Source: Heteronotia binoei (Eukaryota). From it: a stretch of 64,000 nucleotides of DNA. The DNA is taken from the NCBI RefSeq assembly GCF_032191835.1, contig NC_083231.1:91512001-91576000 (forward strand), in the 5' to 3' direction. The translations under genes were made by a program, and so were the position numbers. Of this stretch, positions 60,076 to 64,000 are shown piece by piece; within the stretch, counting starts at the first letter, position 1, and each line of letters begins with the position of its first letter. The notes below the pieces were generated by a model. The model did no database searches. It was not told the DNA's origin and saw only the letters and a program-made list of their open reading frames with translations.

Positions 60076-61021
60076 AAAGTTGAGAATTAGTTTTGGTTTC
60101 ACTTGTTCTGTTTTCTAAAGAGTGTCCTCAAAGCTAAAGGTTTGAAAGGCCTTATAGTAATGAGACAGCTGGGCATGCTACATGTGCTCTTGGATCTCTG
60201 ACCTGGAATTGCACATCCAATTTCCTCATTACTGAAGATCTTAATACAATTCTAGTTCTGTACCAGTCCTTCTGGTACGCAGTTCTCTCTTGCTGAATTG
60301 TGTGTGTGAGAGAGATAGAGATGTGGTAATAGTCAATGAAGTGATTCATGAGTAAACACTCCTTTGTTCAAATTGTAATTTGAGTTGAAGTAGGAAGTAA
60401 CACACTTGAATGCTCGAAAAGAAAATGTTTGCTTTTTGTTGAACCCTTGATATTGCTCTAATTTGCACTGCAAATGGTTTGTATGTGGGCGTTGTCACAC
60501 TGCCTTCCCATGTTAAACAGAGCTTCTGCCTGATATGCTAAAGAGTTGCTGTTAAAATTATACAGGACCTCACTCTCTGACATTTTGTGGTTGGCCTCAC
60601 CTCCTGTGGCAGCCATTTTGTGGCTGATCTCACCTTCTTTGTCACCCTGTGTTAAAATTCCAAAGGTTGCATGCAGGCTCAAAAAAGTTGGGGATCCCTG
60701 CATTACACAAACTGTGCAGACTCACAATGTACCTAATTTTAAATGATGCATGGTCTGCCCATGATGACTTTGGGGCAAATGTAATCCAAGGAATCAGTGA
60801 ACCTGCACCGACCAACCTGACCTATGAAGAGTCACCACTGCACAGCCACAAAGCAAGTTGGAATACTTGTATTAAATTGTGAACAAATCAATGATGCAGT
60901 CATGTGAGGTGCTGAACTTGAGAAAACATGGACATAGGAAGCAGGAGAAGTTCAGTTTTTGAATGCTCTATTTGTAAAAAAAGAAAAATCATTCTTCTGT
61001 GACTTTGTGTACATTTGCAAT

Positions 61022-61308
61022 AAGGTCCCTGTGCAAGCACCAGTTGTTTCCAACTCTGGGGTGATGTTGCATCATGATGTTTTCACGGCAAACTTTTTAC
61101 AGGGTGGTTTGCCATTGCCTTCCCCAGTCATCTACACTTCCCTCCAAGCAAGCTGGGTACTCATTTTACCAACCTCAGAAGGATGGAAGGCTGAGTCAAC
61201 CTTGAGACAGCTACCTGAACCCAGCTTTCACTGGGATCAAACTCAGGTCACGAGCAGAGGGCTTGGACTGCAGTACTGCAGCTTTACCACTCTGCACCAT
61301 GGGGCTCC
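61022..61308 (-). mobile_element. Sauria SINE
   Basis: Reverse-complement match to 10144-10441. Confidence 0.9.
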
Positions 61309-61379
61309 TACACATTTGCAACAGCCCGACTTTATGCAACGATATTGTCCCATTGCAACAATTGCTGTTTGTGCTAGGC

Positions 61380-62035
61380 ATGTATGCTGCCCTCCTGCTT
61401 TAGGGGTCCCTTGTTTGCTGAACCTTCCCACATACATAAGTTACTTTACTACCCCTTCTGATAGGTTTGCTTTCCCTCTTGCAAGACTAAATGCCTTCCC
61501 ATTTGCAGAATTAACGAGACAATTTGCACAAATTTCCTACTTAGATAGGCTTTGCGCTTGTGTGGCTGGTGTGATTGAGACCATGGTGCACCTTTTATTG
61601 TTTTGCTCTCAGTGGTCAGTTTTTAAGTCTAATTGGATATACCTGATTTTATCTCAAGACCATCTTCCATTGGAGGCATGGGTGATCTCTTACTTATTGG
61701 TGGACACTGTCCCTGAAGTTACTATCTCAGTTGCAAAATATCTAGCAATTATAATTTCATTGAAATGTAAATAGCGGTGTTACACTGGAGAAGTTTCATT
61801 TCATTACCTGGAATTAGAATTGTTAAATCTCTTAGACTTTAATGTTGAATTTTAACTTGTAGTCTTTTTACTCACTTATTTTACTTTCAAATGTTTTAAA
61901 CTTAACCTTTTATTACTCATTTTATAGTTTGTAAAATCAGAGGAATTTTAATGTATTATTATTTGATGGATGTATATTTGTAATTTGTTTTTTAAAATGC
62001 TTGAAATCTCTGGTCATATAAGCTGAAATAAAATG
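61380..62035 (+). pseudogene. RTE-X-like LINE 3' fragment with a Cys/His knuckle
   Basis: RFAFPLARLNAFPFAELTRQF...DRLCACVAGVIETMVHLLLFC...TISVAKYLAII parallels 35490-35879; T-rich 3' UTR ending aaataaaa. Confidence 0.7.
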
Positions 62036-63288
62036 CAGGAGAGGCTGATGGCTGGGTATTTCAAGTGAACACCTGAACTGCTGAATCTTTAACTTCTGCA
62101 GGTGCCAAAGCTTAATTTAGGTCAGGCCTCAGTTCCTATGTCTATTTTCAATGCCTGCATTTAAACCCAAAAAATACGAAATGGAAGTGCCCTTGAATAG
62201 GTATGGAACTCCTTTTCTTCTCTGCTGTGTGATCTCAGAGAGACTCCAAACCTCAGAAATGTGGGGTAGATCTTCCAGAAGAGATGATAGTATGTCCAGA
62301 CAGGTGATCCCCATATCTTGCCCTCTGCCAGAATAAATTAATCATTACAACAGAACCCTGCTACTGCCAGAATTGGCAAGCCTATCACTTGCTGCTGCAG
62401 GAAGGAATCTGTTGTAAACCAACAATAGGTATGAGGTTGTCATTAAAGAGGTGGCATTACGAGCAAGCCCATGAGGGGAGCACAAAACTGTGTGTGTGTG
62501 GGGGGGGTGGGCTTACCACTCTGGGTCCTAGGTAAGTCACTCTATTCATATTATGTTGTTAGGGTAGATTCTTTGTTTTATAAAGGAGGCCCAGAGAAAG
62601 TTTTTATCTGGGGGCCTGTGGTGGATCTTCAGAAACTCCAGACCTAGCCCTTGTGTTTGCTGACTAGTATTTCTGCACTCCATCTGCTTTTCAAATGCTG
62701 GGAGGCGACTACAGGGAGGGTGTTTCTCTTGTGGCCTACTTTGCAGCTCCTCAGAGCTTTGACACAGTAGAAAACAGAATCCTGGATTAGAAAGACCCTT
62801 GGTCCGCTCCAGCAGAACTCTTGTAACCTAGACTGGAAGCTTCTAAGATGTTAAAAAGCCATTTTACTTTGTAGAGGAGAGGCTGAGGAATCTTTATTGA
62901 TGCACTTATTGTTGACAGGTAACACAGAGAAGGTGTTCACATTTGTTATTAGTCAAGGAATAAAAAAAATGGTGGTGTTTTGTCAAGGAATCACAGGTCT
63001 TGAATCATATTCAGAATATTGAACCGTTGACTGAACTCTAACTAGAAGCAGAACGTAAACATTTCCAAGGTCTATTCATGCCAGAGATATTTTTTTCCCC
63101 TTCAACTCCAAAACAGTTGGAGGAAATAATGTGTAAAACTATGGATTTTTTGGAAACTTCTTTTCAGAAAAGAAGGCAAGAAAGCCGTGAACAAACACCT
63201 TGTGGAGAATATTTCAGTCAGCTGCAACTGGACATTACTTTAACATTTGAAAATGTTAACTATAACAAACAACAACAACAAAATAATT

Positions 63289-63420
63289 AGCCCTGTGGCG
63301 CAGAGTGGTAAGCTGCAGTACTGCAGTCCAAGCTCTGCCCACGACTTGAGTTCGATTCCAGCTGAAGCTGGGTTCAGGTAGCCGGCTCAAGGTTGACTCA
63401 GCCTTCCATCCTTCTGAGGT
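63289..63420 (+). mobile_element. Sauria SINE, 5' half
   Basis: Matches the first ~130 bp of 10144-10441 and stops at a MITE TIR. Confidence 0.85.
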
Positions 63421-64000
63421 AGGCTTCCCAATCCCCAGGTCCCAACAGAAGATCCCTCAGTTTTACAGGCTTCCCTCCACCCCCAGCCAGCTGGCTGGCG
63501 GGGGAAGCCCCGCCCCCACAGCCACCATGCAGCTCTAGATCTTAGAAACCTGCAAACAGGTCCCTTTCAAAATGTGTGTATGTCTGTGTACCTTTAAAGT
63601 TGAGCAGGAAGTACTTCATGGGAAGGGTCAGCAACACAGTCCCTTGGTTTGTTTTGCTTTTTTTTCAGAGCAACTAAAAGTGTGTGTGTGTGAGAGAGAG
63701 AGAGAGCAACATAGTCCCTGTTCTTTTCAGATGTCGTTGTGGAGGAACCAGACCCAGTAAGTGTGTGTGTGTGTGAGAGAGAGAGGGTTGCCAATTTTCA
63801 GGTTTGGAGGCCCTCCCTCCGCTTTAGTGTCATCATAAAGTGGGGTGGGGGAGAGGTAAATGTCTACTGGGCAATTATTCCCTATGGAGAACGATTCCCA
63901 TAGGGAATGGGGAATTGATCTGCGGGTATCGGGGGCACTGGGGGGGCTAATTTTTGAGGTAGAGGTACCAAAGTTTCAGTATAGCATCTAGTGCCTCTCC
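63420..64000. mobile_element. TAGGCTTGCC-type MITE followed by a long TAGGGTTGCC-family MITE running off the window
   Basis: Head taggcttcccaatccccaggtccca; from ~63786 collinear with 42300-42550. Confidence 0.75.

Noticed and set aside
60959-61380. N-terminal half of the 271-aa ORF
   Set aside because: Chance read-through of an antisense Sauria SINE; only the part after ~61380 is LINE-coding.
28000-64000. BANK1 exons expected on the minus strand from mammalian synteny
   Set aside because: No segment read by eye translated to recognisable BANK1 C-terminal peptides; the gene may lie beyond the window, or short divergent exons may have been missed.

Overview
Vertebrate genomic DNA, most likely from a squamate. 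The SINE and MITE repertoire is gecko-like, but the species cannot be fixed from sequence alone. Only one host coding exon is securely identifiable: the last exon of the zinc/manganese transporter SLC39A8 (ZIP8; + strand, 7541-7690), followed by a probable ~2 kb 3' UTR. The rest is the preceding intron and downstream non-coding DNA, densely filled with transposons. These include CR1, L2, L1-like and RTE-X-like LINE fragments; Sauria, tRNA-derived and 5S-derived SINEs; and many hAT-type and Harbinger-type MITEs. There are also a decayed hAT transposase, a Ngaro-like tyrosine-recombinase retroelement with an SGNH-type ORF, two solo LTRs, and four independent Penelope-like (PLE) insertions. The most striking structure is that all four PLE insertions are inverted, tail-out arrangements with 11-17 bp target-site duplications (TSDs), and all carry hammerhead-ribozyme-like motifs. 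One motif has an atypical topology, and one sits in a 137-bp mini-element. Other notable points are a four-layer nest verified by TSDs at three of its four layers, homology between the dominant MITE core and the subterminal repeat of the hAT element, a CTCF-like motif beside the SLC39A8 acceptor, and a TE-free CpG-rich enhancer-like block. Family names come from motif recognition by eye, not database searches. Boundaries without a quoted TSD are approximate.
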